From assembly GCA_964036045.1 (NCBI GenBank), contig OZ038379.1, positions 44,020,001 to 44,084,000 on the forward strand: DNA of 64,000 bases, written 5' to 3'. Shown piece after piece: positions 23,491 to 36,201 of this stretch (positions are counted from its first letter, which is position 1; every line of letters starts with the position of its first letter). The DNA is from Eutreptiella sp. 'Long Island Sound 2002'. Taxonomy: Eukaryota; Protista; Euglenida. The position numbers and the translations under genes were made by a program. The notes beneath the pieces are model-generated. The model did no database searches. It saw only the letters and a list, made by a program, of their open reading frames with translations, and had not been told where the DNA came from.

Positions 23491-25756
23491 AACACGCAAT
23501 CAATCATGAGGTCAAATTGAACAATTGTACCTGGTTCTTGAGGATGTACAAGTTGCCCTTGCTGACGGCCATGGAGAATCCCGTCTTCAATAGGGAGTCC
23601 TAAACGGGACAGGAAGGTGAAATCAGGAAAAAACACAAAATGAAATTGAACAGTTATGGCAAAAGTCAATTTTAGTGTGGTTAGATTGCATACATGTAAG
23701 CCATTTTCTTCATTTCGGGATTGCGGTTGGGGTTCGGGATTACCATCGGCTTCCTAGCTGCTAGCTATTCAGTTAAACCATCATTTTGTCAGAAGGCAAA
23801 GATATTTTTCTGTTAAAAAAACAATTTTCGGCATTTCCTGACTCTAAGCCTTCGAAAAGATGTTCAAAACATCTCATTGGGTTTGCACCTTATACAACAT
23901 TTTATTTGTTATGTATAACCGATTTCTGGTAAGTATCAACCCCGAAGGCCTGATTGACACCCTGAGATGCCCTCGGGTCCTGGTGGCGTCATCCTAACGC
24001 TATCCTGACGCTATCCTGACGCCGTCTAAAAAACCTGCAGAATACTGGAGAAACTGGGAAATGCATCTATTGCCAGCCCCAGGAAGACACACAACCTGGT
24101 CTCCATCAATTTAAGACCCCATGCACAACCCACCAAGCTGATATGGTGGGTTTTGGCAATATTTGAAGGCTCTTTTACGCCTTACAGGTGTGTAACCACA
24201 CAGTCTCTTGAATGTTCAATTGAAAACGGTGCTCTTGGTGCTTCGTCCCATATAGCTTTTGCTAATTGGCCCCTTCAGCCAGAATGGACAATCATGGCCC
24301 CCTGGGATCTGCACGTGTGGTGCCTTTTCGCCTGTGTGCGGCCCCCTCCCAAAATTTAGGTCTCGTCGCATTTTTTGGGCACAGGAAAATACAATCCCTC
24401 TACATGGTAGCTCATTTCACAACTGATGGTATCGGAGCTAAAGCTGGTGATGGGGAGCAAACATGTCAAAGAGGTCTAGTGTAGGTACAAAGCAACGAAT
24501 GTATGGATTAATCTTGTTGTCATGGTGCAGTTTTAATACCAATGTACGCACAATGTTCATTCATGGGGGGGGGAGGGGCGGAGATTCTGACAAGACTGAG
24601 CACCTGTAGTTCCATTGTGTTGAATTTGCTATGCGGCCTAGCCCTATCTCTGTTGGAATCCGTGAGGACAATTCAACCATGGTAACAGGCCTGATCTCTT
24701 CAGCTTGGTGAGAACACTGTGGTTGGTCACCTTGACGGAGTCCCATCACATGAGCCCCAGCGCTTGGACCACTTTAATGCCCTTGTCAAATCTTTGTCTG
24801 CAGATGGTGATTGATGCCGGAATCCTCAAAATGTCAAATCTTCTACTTTAGAGAAAGCCAGTTGAAGGAGAGGCGAGCAATCGTCAAGAAGTATGCAGCA
24901 GTTCAGTTCACCTCTTCAGTTTTCCCCACCGGATCCTCCATTCGCCGCGTGTCTTTCTGCAATTTTGGCCTGGCCCGCAGCAGAGTATTGGCCATTCTCG
25001 CATTGGAATCCCAGTGTAATACTCTTTGCATTCATCTTACAATGCAAGGGTGGAGATAAGAGTAACGTAGTTATTTTGGTGGGGGGATGGGAGGTGGGTG
25101 TGCTTGTATGTGGCTCTTGGCCAAGGTGTAGGGTGTACGGGCCTGTGGTCATCCATCCCCTCAAACCAGATTGAAATCACCTTGAAGGAGGCAGTGGTGA
25201 CTCCTTTTGCCCAGTCTGATGTGGAGCCTAACGGTATTAGCCCTGGAAAGCATTCCTTGAACTGTGCAAGACATACATCTTCAACCTCAACCTTGTCTTA
25301 CATTACCATAGGCATATTCCGATGCAGTATACGGCTTGCAGTAGTGGGCTTTCATCACCAAATTTCTCAAGTAAAGGAACATTGCATATCTACATGCAAA
25401 GGTGGGGGGTTTGTTCAATCCATAAACTGTGCCGCTCACTGTGCCGCAGGGAATGGCAGACATGGAAGAGGACACCCTGCCCATCTGCGCCCTTTTCATG
25501 ATGGTGCCTGGCAATGTGGGAGACATGGCCCCACATGTTCACTGAGATTTTGATCCTGAAGAAGGGGGATTGGGGGTTCACAACTATGAAGCAGCTGTCT
25601 TCAATCAGAGCCAAATATGTTTTCCTCCTTATTGCTACACATGGTTCTTCCTCGTAAATAGACAAGCGCGTGTACACACGAAGGCGTTGACTTATTGGGG
25701 CAAAAACATGGCTGCATAATAGATTAACAGCCCATATCTTTTGGCACAGAGACCGT

Positions 25757-27274
25757 ATGCTCTGTCATGGACCTGTGCGGCCGCTTCTTCCTGTTGCAGA
25801 CGAATGCTCCCTGCTTCGGCATATTTTCATATGCACACATGTGAGTAGCAGATGGCTGGCAGTCGTAATAGACTCCACCGGCTTGCCTGTCACTCTCCCT
25901 AGGTACATTGAGGCGTATAGTGGCACCTGTCAGGTGGGGACATGCAATGCAGAGGATGCAGAAAAGACCGTAAAGGCTGTGGAAGACGTTGTCATCGCTT
26001 CCTTCGGCGTCCACTTAGATACGAAGAGCCAGGACATCGTGCGAAGTTTGGTGCGGTGCTGGTGGAACGAGGTTCGCCAGGCTCGCCAGCAGGCGCCCCT
26101 AGCATGGGTGGCGCACACCAAACACGTGGATGTTGTGGATTTGGATGCAACCGACAGTCCCCCGGGGTCTTGCAGTGGCACAGCCAGGCACTCATCAGGA
26201 GATCTTCTGACGTGTGAGACAGTTTGTGCTGAGCAGGTGGTACAGATGGATGGGGCTGTGGCGATTGTGAAGGATGCCGAACCTGAGTGTGCAGACGTTG
26301 GGGACATGGGCACTGCACAATTCAGTGGCGTAGGCACGGAAGCGGATGGAGAAGGGCAGGGGCTAGAGCATGAGGTGGAGGCTCAGGCATCGTCCAACCT
26401 GAATGAGGCTACCCAGCAAGAGGCAGAGAAGGCGCCTGGGGGACAAGGAAGGGCAGAAGACGAGGCCGCTGTGCTGGCCCAAAATGAGATGGAGAAGGCA
26501 GTGGATGCAGACACAGGGCAGTTCAATGGTAAACCTTCAGACCTGCAGACAACTGAGAAGCTACAGACGAAGGGTCTTGCTGCAACGGCACAAGTTGAGG
26601 GTGCTGTGGCTGCACCTTGCAATCGTTTGCTGGCCCTGGAACTGAAAGGTAAGGCCCAGGCCGTGGGGGAGAGGACAGACACTGCACACCCCAACGGTAA
26701 AGCCTGCAGCCCCAAGGGGAAGCGTAAGGTCAAGAGTGTGAAAGTTGAGGGTCAGGTCAAACGCCCCCGCAATGAGGGCGACGAGGACCCTGGAAGGTTG
26801 GAGGAAGAGCCAGACGCAGATCGAGAGGCAGAGGCGGAGGCAGAGGGGAAGGTACAGGCGGTGAAAGTGGATGAAGCCCAGTCCAATGGGGAACGTGTGG
26901 TAACCTGGGATGAGGTTGTGGAGGCAAAGGATCAGAGGCGCAGTGCTAGGGCTGGGGCTGAGGAGGGTGCAGGACGGCCAAAGGCTCAGATGGAAGTGCA
27001 CAGAGCTGAGGCAAATGCACACCGGGCAGATACAGAGTCTAAAGGGAAAGCCATGACGGCGAAGGCTGGGCCCGAGACTGGGGCGCCGTGTGACGAGCAG
27101 GATGGTGACATTAAAGATGTTGTGCAGCACCAGTCAAAGCGCAGGCGGCGTATGTTGACTGTCGGCGTGGTGTTGGGTGGTGTGCTGAGGGTCAGTGCAG
27201 TCAAAGGCAGTGCAAGGTGGGTAAAAATGCACACCTGCACCTCTACCTTGTGTTCAAGGCCATGCAGCACTTAG
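25757..27274 (+). CDS. 505-aa ORF/exon, largely acidic and low-complexity, unknown function
   Basis: Longest uninterrupted ORF in the window. A possibly globular N-terminal ~120 aa (...VIASFGVHLDTKSQDIVRSLVRCWWNEVR) is followed by an E/A/K/G-rich tail. Confidence 0.5.
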   Translation: MLCHGPVRPLLPVADECSLLRHIFICTHVSSRWLAVVIDSTGLPVTLPRYIEAYSGTCQVGTCNAEDAEKTVKAVEDVVIASFGVHLDTKSQDIVRSLVRCWWNEVRQARQQAPLAWVAHTKHVDVVDLDATDSPPGSCSGTARHSSGDLLTCETVCAEQVVQMDGAVAIVKDAEPECADVGDMGTAQFSGVGTEADGEGQGLEHEVEAQASSNLNEATQQEAEKAPGGQGRAEDEAAVLAQNEMEKAVDADTGQFNGKPSDLQTTEKLQTKGLAATAQVEGAVAAPCNRLLALELKGKAQAVGERTDTAHPNGKACSPKGKRKVKSVKVEGQVKRPRNEGDEDPGRLEEEPDADREAEAEAEGKVQAVKVDEAQSNGERVVTWDEVVEAKDQRRSARAGAEEGAGRPKAQMEVHRAEANAHRADTESKGKAMTAKAGPETGAPCDEQDGDIKDVVQHQSKRRRRMLTVGVVLGGVLRVSAVKGSARWVKMHTCTSTLCSRPCST

Positions 27275-27749
27275 TCTTTGCTTCAAGCACTGTACAATGT
27301 TACCAAGCCTACTGCTCCAACCTATTGGTGGTTCCCTCAATGTTGACAAGGGTCAGTTGTGTAGCAAGATGTGCACAACTGACGCATGCAAGAGACAGTG
27401 CTCAGGGTCTGTGGTGAAACCTAGTAAAAAAAAAATTTTTAAAAAAAAAATTTTACTAATTTTTTTGATTGGCTGCTTGCTTTTGGCTGTTTCATGGTGT
27501 GTCAGCCCCATCATACTGCACACCACGGACCTTCCCCTCTCTGGTAGCTATAATGGCCCACCTACTGGTGGCTGTGCTGATGTGCGGGCGCAAACGATGG
27601 ACTCAAAATGCAGTGCACCATTGACAGGCAACATCTCCATGGCTTGGGTCAGGCTGACAGAGGCCTGCTGAGCCAATTCGGATGTGTTTGCCAGCAGCTT
27701 TGTTTTTCACTCCCCCCCTTCCCCAGCCCCCCCCCACCCCCCGAGGACT

Positions 27750-28560
27750 CCAGCCTTCTGTGTGCATGTTGCAGCGAATGTCCAGCAGACGACAGTAGGC
27801 AAGGTGGGATGCAAAGAGGCTGCAACGGATTTGACGGAGGAGGACGCTGAGCTGTGTGAGGAGCGGCGGTCTCAGAGGGTGCGGAAGCCACGTGTGATAT
27901 ACAATGCAGAGGTTGAGTATCAAGTGCCGGGCAATGACACAGACAGCCGGGGCACGAGTGCGACAAAAAGGCAAAAGACTCATGGGGATACACAGGTTTC
28001 AACCGGTGCTGCGCATGACAGCAAGGAGAGTCAAGAGGATGAAAGCGTTGATGCGGTGGAGATCAAGCCGAAGCAGTTGCCCTGTATGTTGGTGTTGCCA
28101 GGGGCAAATATGTCACTAGTGTCTGGCAGGAGAAGTGAGTTTCGTAAGGAGTCGGCTCCGTCCAGTTTGCCACTCCGGTGGTATCCGCTGCTGTTGCACC
28201 CGCAAGTCAGTGGGAACCAGGTGAGTCCACCGCGGTGGGTGCACCTTGTGCACACTGTGCATGATTTTGGGTTGTATGGCACTTTGTCTTTGTCATATCA
28301 GCAGAATACCAATTTCTTGTTCTGGGCGACATGTGAGTTTGCAGATCAAGTCTGACAAAGGCCAGCAGCATTGCTTTTGCATTTGCCAACTTCAATTGGG
28401 TCATAAATGCGCCACACCCATGTATTGGAAACACGGCTGTGTCTTGGGCACGTGGGAGGCCATATTTGACGATGATTGTCTCCTTGTGCAATCATTCCAG
28501 CATTTAGGGAAGGGGGAAGCAGTCCATTGGCTCAGTGAACACCGGCCCTGATAGATTCCC
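27750..28560 (+). pseudogene. Possible decayed SET-domain exons downstream of the 505-aa ORF
   Basis: With frameshifts: VDAVEIKP/EAVALYVG (like A..I..GE.v..Y.G), KASSIAFAFAN (like gn.arF.NH) and QHLGKGEAVHW (like rdI..GEEl..dY), in the correct order. A basic RRSQRVRKP motif lies upstream. Confidence 0.3.
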
Positions 28561-29286
28561 ACTTCGCCGGGCTTTACCTGACCATTCGCAGCTTGGTCTG
28601 TGCTTTGCTACTGCTGCTGCTTCCACCCCTGTTGCCTGTGCCCCATTGCCCGATTGTCGCTGCTGCAATGCCCCTGACCCCCCTTTCTGCACCCACCCTG
28701 TCCCACTGCTGGCACTGCAGTGGTGCCCACTAGTTGGCAGTTGGCATGTAGACACTGGCACAAAACCCCTCTCTTGTCAAGGATACCGCAAAGCCCAAAT
28801 GTATATGGTACGTGCACACACTGCACCTAAACAATGCCGTCTGGGCCAATGCAGCTGATGCAGCTGGTGTGCTGAATGGTGAGGAGAATGCCACTACTCC
28901 GTCAAAATTCAGATTAGATTCATGGCAAACAATGCCTCAAATTGGTAACCAGCACAGCCCTAGGCCAACCCGGCACACGTTGTGATGTGTGCTATGTTTG
29001 TCAGCTGTTGTTCACACTGTCCGAGCATGTTCCATTCGGTGCTTAATTTAGGTGTCAAATGCACTTAGCACCGATGGAAAAACCAATGGGAACACAGTTG
29101 TGCATGGTGAACAACCGGGATTTTAACGAGGAAGTTTCAAGCATTCCACTTTCATTGGGAGGACCTAGAGTGGAAGCCAGTGAGACTCAGTTTGCATCAT
29201 GCAGCTAAAATGAGAGGCATGTGCATTTCCTTTTATGGTGCTCCTCTGTCTGAACTGTTCCCACCGCATCTGAAAAATGAAGAAAA

Positions 29287-29545
29287 TCAGCACCTGATAT
29301 TAGCAATGTGCTTGTTAGCACCTCTGTGGTCGGTGCACACGACAATGGGTTGCAAACCAATATGTCCGGACCACTTGCGCAAAGCGCAGATTATGGCATA
29401 TGTCTCCTTTTCCCTTGCAGTCCAAGTGCGGTGTTGCCCCTCTACCAAAACTCTACTCCAAAAGGCCACTGGGACATGGGAACCATCCTCTCGGACCTGC
29501 TCCAGGACTGCTCCCACTATGCTGTGTGGAGTCGAATGCACTCCT
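29287..29545 (-). mobile_element. Ty3/Gypsy LTR-retrotransposon RNase H fragment
   Basis: VGAVLEQ...PVAFWSRVL...RTWTAREKETYAIICALRKWSGHIGLQPIVVCTDH matches the Gypsy RNase H signature (GAVL.Q, PVAF.SR.L, EKE..AI..AL, TDH). Confidence 0.9.
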
Positions 29546-30039
29546 GGGTGTTTGTGTGTGAGTGGGTGTAACTTACTACGGTGTGTATACCAAGAAATTT
29601 ATGTCATACTCTGAAGAGGTAGTTCCTCTAATTGGTAAAACAGTTTGTGCACCAAATTGACCATGCGCATGGGTCCAAATCAATGCACGAGAGCGGCTAT
29701 GGGCCAGCCAAGTTTTGGTAATATACACGTGCACTAGTCCATTTGCTACATTGAGTCACATGCACACCCGGTGTATATGTGGGTATGTGCACGAATTCCC
29801 TGGTCTGTAGACCAGAGAGGCAGATGTGAGTAGTGATAAGGGTGGCTGAGTGGTCAACACTACAAGCACCAGTCCCCGTTAGAGGAGTTCCAATCCTCTT
29901 GTTGAAAATTTTTTGTGTTTACATATAAGCTGTGAACATGGGATTCCGGTCCGTACAACAGGGAACTTGTGCGCGCAACAGACAGGCATTGTGTGTGTGC
30001 TATCAGCCTTTCCGATGTGCACACCACGGAATTTGTGTG

Positions 30040-30300
30040 TGAACACCCTGGTCTGTACGCCAAGCATTTGTGTGCGTCCACCTCTTGTCCAGTCCATACA
30101 CCGGGGCATTGTGCGCGCCCAGCCCTTGTCTGGTCCATACACCGGGGGCTTTGTGCATGCCCACCCCTTGTCCTTGTCCGGTCCATACACCGGGGAAATC
30201 GCAAACCCACCCCTTGTCCGGTCCATACACCAGGGAATTGGTGCGCGCCCAGCCCCTGTCCAGTCCGCCCACCAGGGAAGTTGTGTGCACACTCTGCGCA
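30040..30300 (+). repeat. ~41-bp minisatellite (~6 copies)
   Basis: Repeated CCCTTGTCCGGTCCATACACCGGGG core. Confidence 0.85.
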
Positions 30301-30601
30301 CAAACTCCCTGGCGTACAGACCCGAAGGCTGTTTGAGTTTATGCAGAATTTCCCTGCTGTGTCAACCGGACTCATCCAATGATTGGGTTGCCGGGTGCTG
30401 TCTGCAAGTTTCCAAGATCAGCCCCTCCATGGGGCCCCACCTGCGAGGAGTTATCCGTTTTCAGCTTGCCATGGGCTGGCCCAGCAATCGCAATCTCAGG
30501 GTGAGTGGGAGAATGAAACAGGGAACTCAAAAATATGCTCAGAACCCGAAAAAAAAAACTTTTGACCCTCCCCCTGTGAGGGTGCGTGCCAGTTTGCCCT
30601 G

Positions 30602-31279
30602 ATGTCTTTACCCCCAAGCCTCCACTTCCCACACTTTGCAGTCGCAGTGCCGCAGTATGCAGATTTGCAGACGCGCCTGGGCAGTTTCCGTGACTGGGAA
30701 AGGATGCAGTGCCCCAATACCGCCACTGTCAACCCCCGGGCCCTGGCAGAGGCCGGCTTCTACCATCACCCTTTCCCCCATGAGCCTGACCGTTGTGTAT
30801 GCTTCTACTGTGGCGAGGCGCTGTGCGGTTGGGACCCCAACGACATCCCGACACAAGAACATAAAAGGTTCAGGAAGCACTGCGCGTTCCTTAAGCGGCT
30901 TTGCAGACAGGATGCTCAGAAGCGCCAGGATGCCGTGAAGATGAAGTCGGAGGTGTGTGGGAAGCCTGTGCTCTGGCAGTTGTCATCGTCTCACACTTGC
31001 GACTTTGACCCTGAGGCAGCAGCTGCGCAGTGTGCACATGTGGTGTCGCTGCAGGGGGATCGGTCGCCGCTGGCGGACCGAACAGGAGTGGGATGGTGGT
31101 CCAGCCCTGAAGATCCCCCCAGAGCAGGCTTTGGTTGTGTAGGAATTAGAGGCTGTGGGCGAGGGGGGGCAGGGCAAAAAGTGACGACAAATGAGAGAAC
31201 TCCGGCCTCCGGTGTAAGTGGTTGGTTGGTGGCTGCCGCACTCTGGATGGGCTCTTTCCCTCGAACGAGAGGGGTCTGA
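30602..31279 (+). CDS. BIR (baculoviral IAP repeat) domain-containing exon/ORF
   Basis: RLGSF..W...LAEAGFY...DRCVCFYC...GWDPND.P..EHKRF..HCAFL has canonical C-x2-C-x16-H-x6-C spacing (C67, C70, H87, C94; ~30656-30895). The true exon is probably shorter than the ORF (possible donor at ~30954). Confidence 0.9.
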   Translation: MSLPPSLHFPHFAVAVPQYADLQTRLGSFRDWERMQCPNTATVNPRALAEAGFYHHPFPHEPDRCVCFYCGEALCGWDPNDIPTQEHKRFRKHCAFLKRLCRQDAQKRQDAVKMKSEVCGKPVLWQLSSSHTCDFDPEAAAAQCAHVVSLQGDRSPLADRTGVGWWSSPEDPPRAGFGCVGIRGCGRGGAGQKVTTNERTPASGVSGWLVAAALWMGSFPRTRGV

Positions 31280-34200
31280 GCTCTAGGGCCCAGCAGCAAG
31301 CATTGTGAGTGCCGCTGTAGTAACTTTCAAGACGGGGTTTACGGCTAGGCTGATGGACTATGATTCTGAGGAGCAATGTGCTAGCGCCTGTGCATTTTTG
31401 GGCATGGAATCGTACCTGCATCTTGTCTGCAGAGCTCTGAGTGTGACACCACGGATGCCGAGCGAAAACCTGTCAAGCGATGGCGCCCAATGCCACGAAG
31501 AGCAGATTGACAAGCTCGGGGTGCCGTGCAGATATGGATTGGCTGACATCTTCAGACATTGAAATTGGACTGAAGGGATATCAATTATACACAGATGGGC
31601 TGCAGAAGGCGCTACATCCTACCTTGGCTGGCTTGTCTCTCATAAATCAGCAGCGGCGTGAGCTAAATCACCGAACGAGACAACAGGCGCAGGCAGCAGG
31701 GATCCCAGCTGATCGAGCGGTGGCCTAGGCTACCCACAGGGTTTGCCGGGAACACTGACCGCCATTTGATACATCTCTCCTTCGAGCGTTTCTCATCAAA
31801 AGCCACAAGTGACTACTGCAGGGGCAATTGACGCTCCCTGGGCATCCGAGCCTGATATGTGAAATTCTTCTGGATGCCCATATTGCAGAGCGTATGTGGA
31901 CAACGAAGAATGCATTCTCTGGAAATGTGGAGCATGGGACAAATGACAATGTACAAACATTGCAACCTCTGTTGTTTTCTGGCACAAGGACTAGTTGATA
32001 TGCGTTGCACACTTATCTGTTCCGCTGAGACAAAAACGATCCCTAATGAAGCCCTGGGTTGTTTTTGTTTTGCTGCCTGTGCGTTGCCCTTGGCACACAA
32101 GGAAGGGTACATCACACAGGCAAAGCCTCAGCGCCTGCCTAATCATGCTGTGATTGTGCCTCCAGTGCTGACAATTTGTGTTGGTGAACGGAAGAGCACC
32201 AGCTAACAAGCTATTGCTAACAGGCACCCCTCAATGGGCTGATGCGGTGGGCTGCTGTTTGGGCCATCCGTGGGTGCCCCCCCCCCCCCCCCTGATGGGC
32301 CAGAGTATGTTGATCACCAACAGTTTCCAAAGAGCCCTTGGAGCCCAATTGCATTGCTCATGTCCAATAAGGGTCAGTTGGACGGCGGTATAAAACACGA
32401 TTCAGCAATGGGGACAGAGCTTGTGTTGCCATGGATGCCAGACAGCAGACTGCATCAGCCTCTTTGGGCAGCATGTAGGTGGTGCCACTGGTGCTCTGTT
32501 GCGCAGGGGGCTTTCCACGTGGAGTGTAACAGAAGGGTGTCCTGGCTCTCCATTAGTTAAGGGTCCTCATTGTTTATAAATTGCTGATCAAATGGTGCTT
32601 TTCGCCTGTGTGTCCAAAAACAGGGATGTTTAATGGTGTGCAAGCGCAGCGCATGCAGATGGATGCACCAAAGAAAGTGTCTCCTTTAAAGAGCACTTTT
32701 GGGTCTGTGGCTTTCGAAGGACGAAAATCACCTCGAAGAGAGGTTGTCAGATGAAGCCCAGGCACGGACGCCATACACCCTCCCTTTTGGGGCGTCATTT
32801 GCCAGATATACCCTGAGGGCATGATATTGGATGTCTACGCCCTTGTAAAATCATCATTTTGGGAGACAAAATGATCCCCCAATGAAGTTTTCGATTTTGA
32901 GCCCTCTACCCCCTCGTACCTGGGAACCACTTTTTAGGGGCAGGGGGGGCTCCAAAGTTTTGTGCATAGGAGGATTTGAACCTTGGTCTGCAAACGGCTT
33001 TGGGTGAAAAATCGCTGCGTGGCGGACGGATCAGGGTTTTGATCCTAGTCCGCCGAACAGCCGGCGAGTAGCTTGTCCGCTCGACCACCATACTCCACTG
33101 CACACTTACTTCTCCCCATCACTCGTAGATGCAGGCTGCCACCAAAAAACCAAACTGGGTGTTTCTACCTGCCTGCCTGCCTGCCTCATTGACTGACTGT
33201 CAGCCCAACTGACTGACTCTAGTGTTCTAGCACTCTCTTCGAGGTGCCCTGCCGAAGGCAATAGAATTGAGGTGGTTGTGATGACCGTTGTAGTTGTCTA
33301 CCACCTAATTCCGATTCTGATTCTGATTTCGATTCTGATTCTGGATCAGACCTGGCAGATTTATTTGACTCTAATGCACATTCTAGTTTTAAGGAGTCTG
33401 ATGCACATCCCGCTGACAATCAACAATCTGTAGATGCTGTTTGGGCAAAGGCAACCAGAGGTGCGTGCAGCTTGGCACATGTTTTAATGGCAAATTGTGT
33501 TTTGCATGCAACGTCATGGATGATTAGCCAAGCTCTTCTAGATACCAGAGCCCAAGCCCAAGCTGGTGTCCAAGCCCAAGGGCAACACAGCACCCAAGCC
33601 TTGGCTCAAACGGGTGTTTGGTCACACACCTCTGGTGCAGTGCACCAAAAATTTTGTTTCTGGGCTGCAGAAATGCTTGCGGGCTTGTTCAACAGCCACT
33701 CCCTGACTGAGCAGCGCTCTTTTGCCTGAAAACACTTCCAATGACTGCCCACTGGGTGAGCGGTGAAACACTGATAGTTGTTGTGCAATTTGTGTGGGGG
33801 GGTAGGTGTTTGTGAGTGGATATGCCGTGCCATGAGAGTGTGCGCTTTTGGGCAATGCATGTTTTTTGGTGTGAAATGGTGCGAAAGGGGAGTAAAAACC
33901 TCCCTGTCTGAGACCCGTGTTTATGTTCCAGAAACACAGGCTAAAGCCTTTGATATCCTTGTGCAACGGAGTGTTCCGCCCCATGAGTGCTGCTGCTCCC
34001 TTGAATGATACAGCTCAATGGGGTCTTTGCCAATGCGGGGGATGCTGAATGTTCTGTTCTACGTTGGTTTACAGGGATTTTTATTTCTGTGTTCTGCTTT
34101 GTCCTCCGTTGCACAAGCAAACCGCTTTTTGTGCGACACAGGGGGGAGGGGAGCCTCCTGCAGTGCCAAGTGTCAAACTCAGTGCCGAAAGAGGTAGCAC

Positions 34201-34538
34201 AGCACGTTTAGGCGCTGTTACCCCCCTTAATCCCACTGTCGGTGTGCCACATTCAGATTATCATTGTTATTGTTATTCAGAAATTTTTATTCCGAAATTT
34301 GGGTGCTGCAATAGAGGAAGGCAATTCATTCATGGATTGTGGGGACTACAGGCAGCCACGAGCCTTTTCATGACACACCAGCCTGTAAATAAAGGACGCT
34401 TGGGGGTTGTGCCTCTCTGAAAATCGTTGTGGGTTGCAAATATCTGGTCACAGCAACCCATGTACCCCCCCACTCCTTTGTACAAGCTACGCCCTTGTCC
34501 AAGCAAGCCTTGTCCAAGCGTGCGTACAGACCGTATTA

Positions 34539-34787
34539 CCTCCCCCCCCCCCCGTGTCCAACCCCCCCCCCCCCGTGTCCATCCCCCCCCCCCAGGGGGG
34601 GAACCGTCACTTGGCCCATGAACAATAAGAAATCAATAGGAAATCACAGGCGCCGAAGGCGCTGAAGAAAAATTTTAGTTGGGTTATACTAGAATTGGCT
34701 GGTCGGGAGTGGTGTACAGTTCCCCCCCCCCCCCCCCAGGGGGGGAACCGCCGTCCCTGGGGGGGGGATGGACATGGGGGGGAAAGG
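34539..34787. mobile_element. Poly-C-TIR MITE flanked by TA
   Basis: Left end TA|CCTCCCC...GTGTCCATCCCCCCCCCCAGGG versus right-end reverse complement TA|CCTTTCCCCCCCATGTCCATCCCCCCCCCAGGG; central GGCGCCGAAGGCGC...AAAATTTT. Confidence 0.5.
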
Positions 34788-35683
34788 TAATTTGGTACCT
34801 AATTTGATCTGGCACAAATGTAGTGCAGCCACATAGGACATGGGTTTGGTGACAAATTTGCCAGTTATATAGGGTCATGCACACATTTGTTGTGAGTGTT
34901 TGCCTAGTTGAACCTACATAGCTCTGGTTTTGGGTATATTTGTGCATTATATTCCCCTTTCTTGCACCAGCTCCCCATGCAATCTTCTCTTTTTGAACCT
35001 GGGCGTCCATGGTCTTGTCCAAGCTACAGTAGGCGGAGGGACCGTATTAACTTGGGAAATCTGCGTAGCCTATACAAGGGGGGGGGGGGGGTACAATGTC
35101 TTTGCTTGATGGCCAGCTCCCAAGCGTGGACCTGTAGCACTTGCTTCAGCAATAGTAGCTCGAGCTGCATCCAACAAACGTGTCATGATGGTATGGTGCA
35201 CCCAACTATTGCGGGCCAAGACGGACTGTGTTAGTAGGGTAAGACCTGCAAATACAAAGATTCGTGCACATGACCACTCGTCTCAACGTGAGGCAGACCA
35301 GAAAGAGGTGACGAGTGGTCATGTTGCAGCTGGCGTGTAAGAGAATTGGTCCAGAGTTAGCAACGCTTTGGATAAGTTCATCCCCATTCACCCCCTTTCT
35401 CACCTTTATGGTTCACTCGCTTCCCCTTGTGCATTCTGGAATGGTTTTTTGGGAGGTGTATGTGCCATTTTCATTTTGGTTTTGGCTTTTGTGTGCTTTT
35501 TTGGTTGGACATTCAAGACCACAATGGACAAAAGTGTAGCACCCAGTGCGAGAAGGTGGAATCTCCGGCAGAATGGAAGCGGCTCACTAGTACTGGGAGT
35601 GATGCACTGCCTAGCAAGGGTCTACTCATCAATTGAGCCCATTGTTTCCTATTGATGAATGTGTTTTGCATCCAACACAACAA

Positions 35684-36201
35684 CTAAGGCTTGGACAATG
35701 CCCATGGTGAAGGATAGGGCTGATGGTTCCCCGTGAGCACACATGGTGTCCCATAAGGGGGGCACATATACATCTCCGTAAGGTCGGCCGGTGGACACCC
35801 GTTGTTGCGCCCCATGAGTTGTTGAGAGTTGTAAGTAGGGACTAGGACCAAAAATCTAGGGCCATAAAAGTGTCGCCATTGGACAACCCTAGGTTGTGAA
35901 TGCACGCTAGGGACTAAGGACTCCGGGTTGGCATACACGGGAAGCATGGTAGAAACTAGGCTGACCGTATCGTGCACCGGCGTGTAACATTTGAAGTGGC
36001 CACAACCATGTGGTCCAACAACCATGACTCATTGTATTCTATTGTTGCATTCAATTGGTGCATCACGCTGAATGGGGGTGCCGATTTGGCACCACGTCGA
36101 CCAGCATCCCTCCACGCACCCAAGTGGCTTAAGGCGTGCAGTTGGACAGAACCAAATGGCACTAACCTCAGCGGCGCTTCTGCTAAGCTGATTAGGGTCA
36201 A
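35684..36201 (-). pseudogene. Frameshifted ORF pair of unknown function
   Basis: Overlapping ORFs 35956-36201 and 35684-36025 have protein-like composition and appear to join by a frameshift. No domain recognised. Confidence 0.2.

Noticed and set aside
22549-23603. Q/S-rich and H/T-rich ORFs
   Set aside because: They are translations of a microsatellite and a 30-bp minisatellite.
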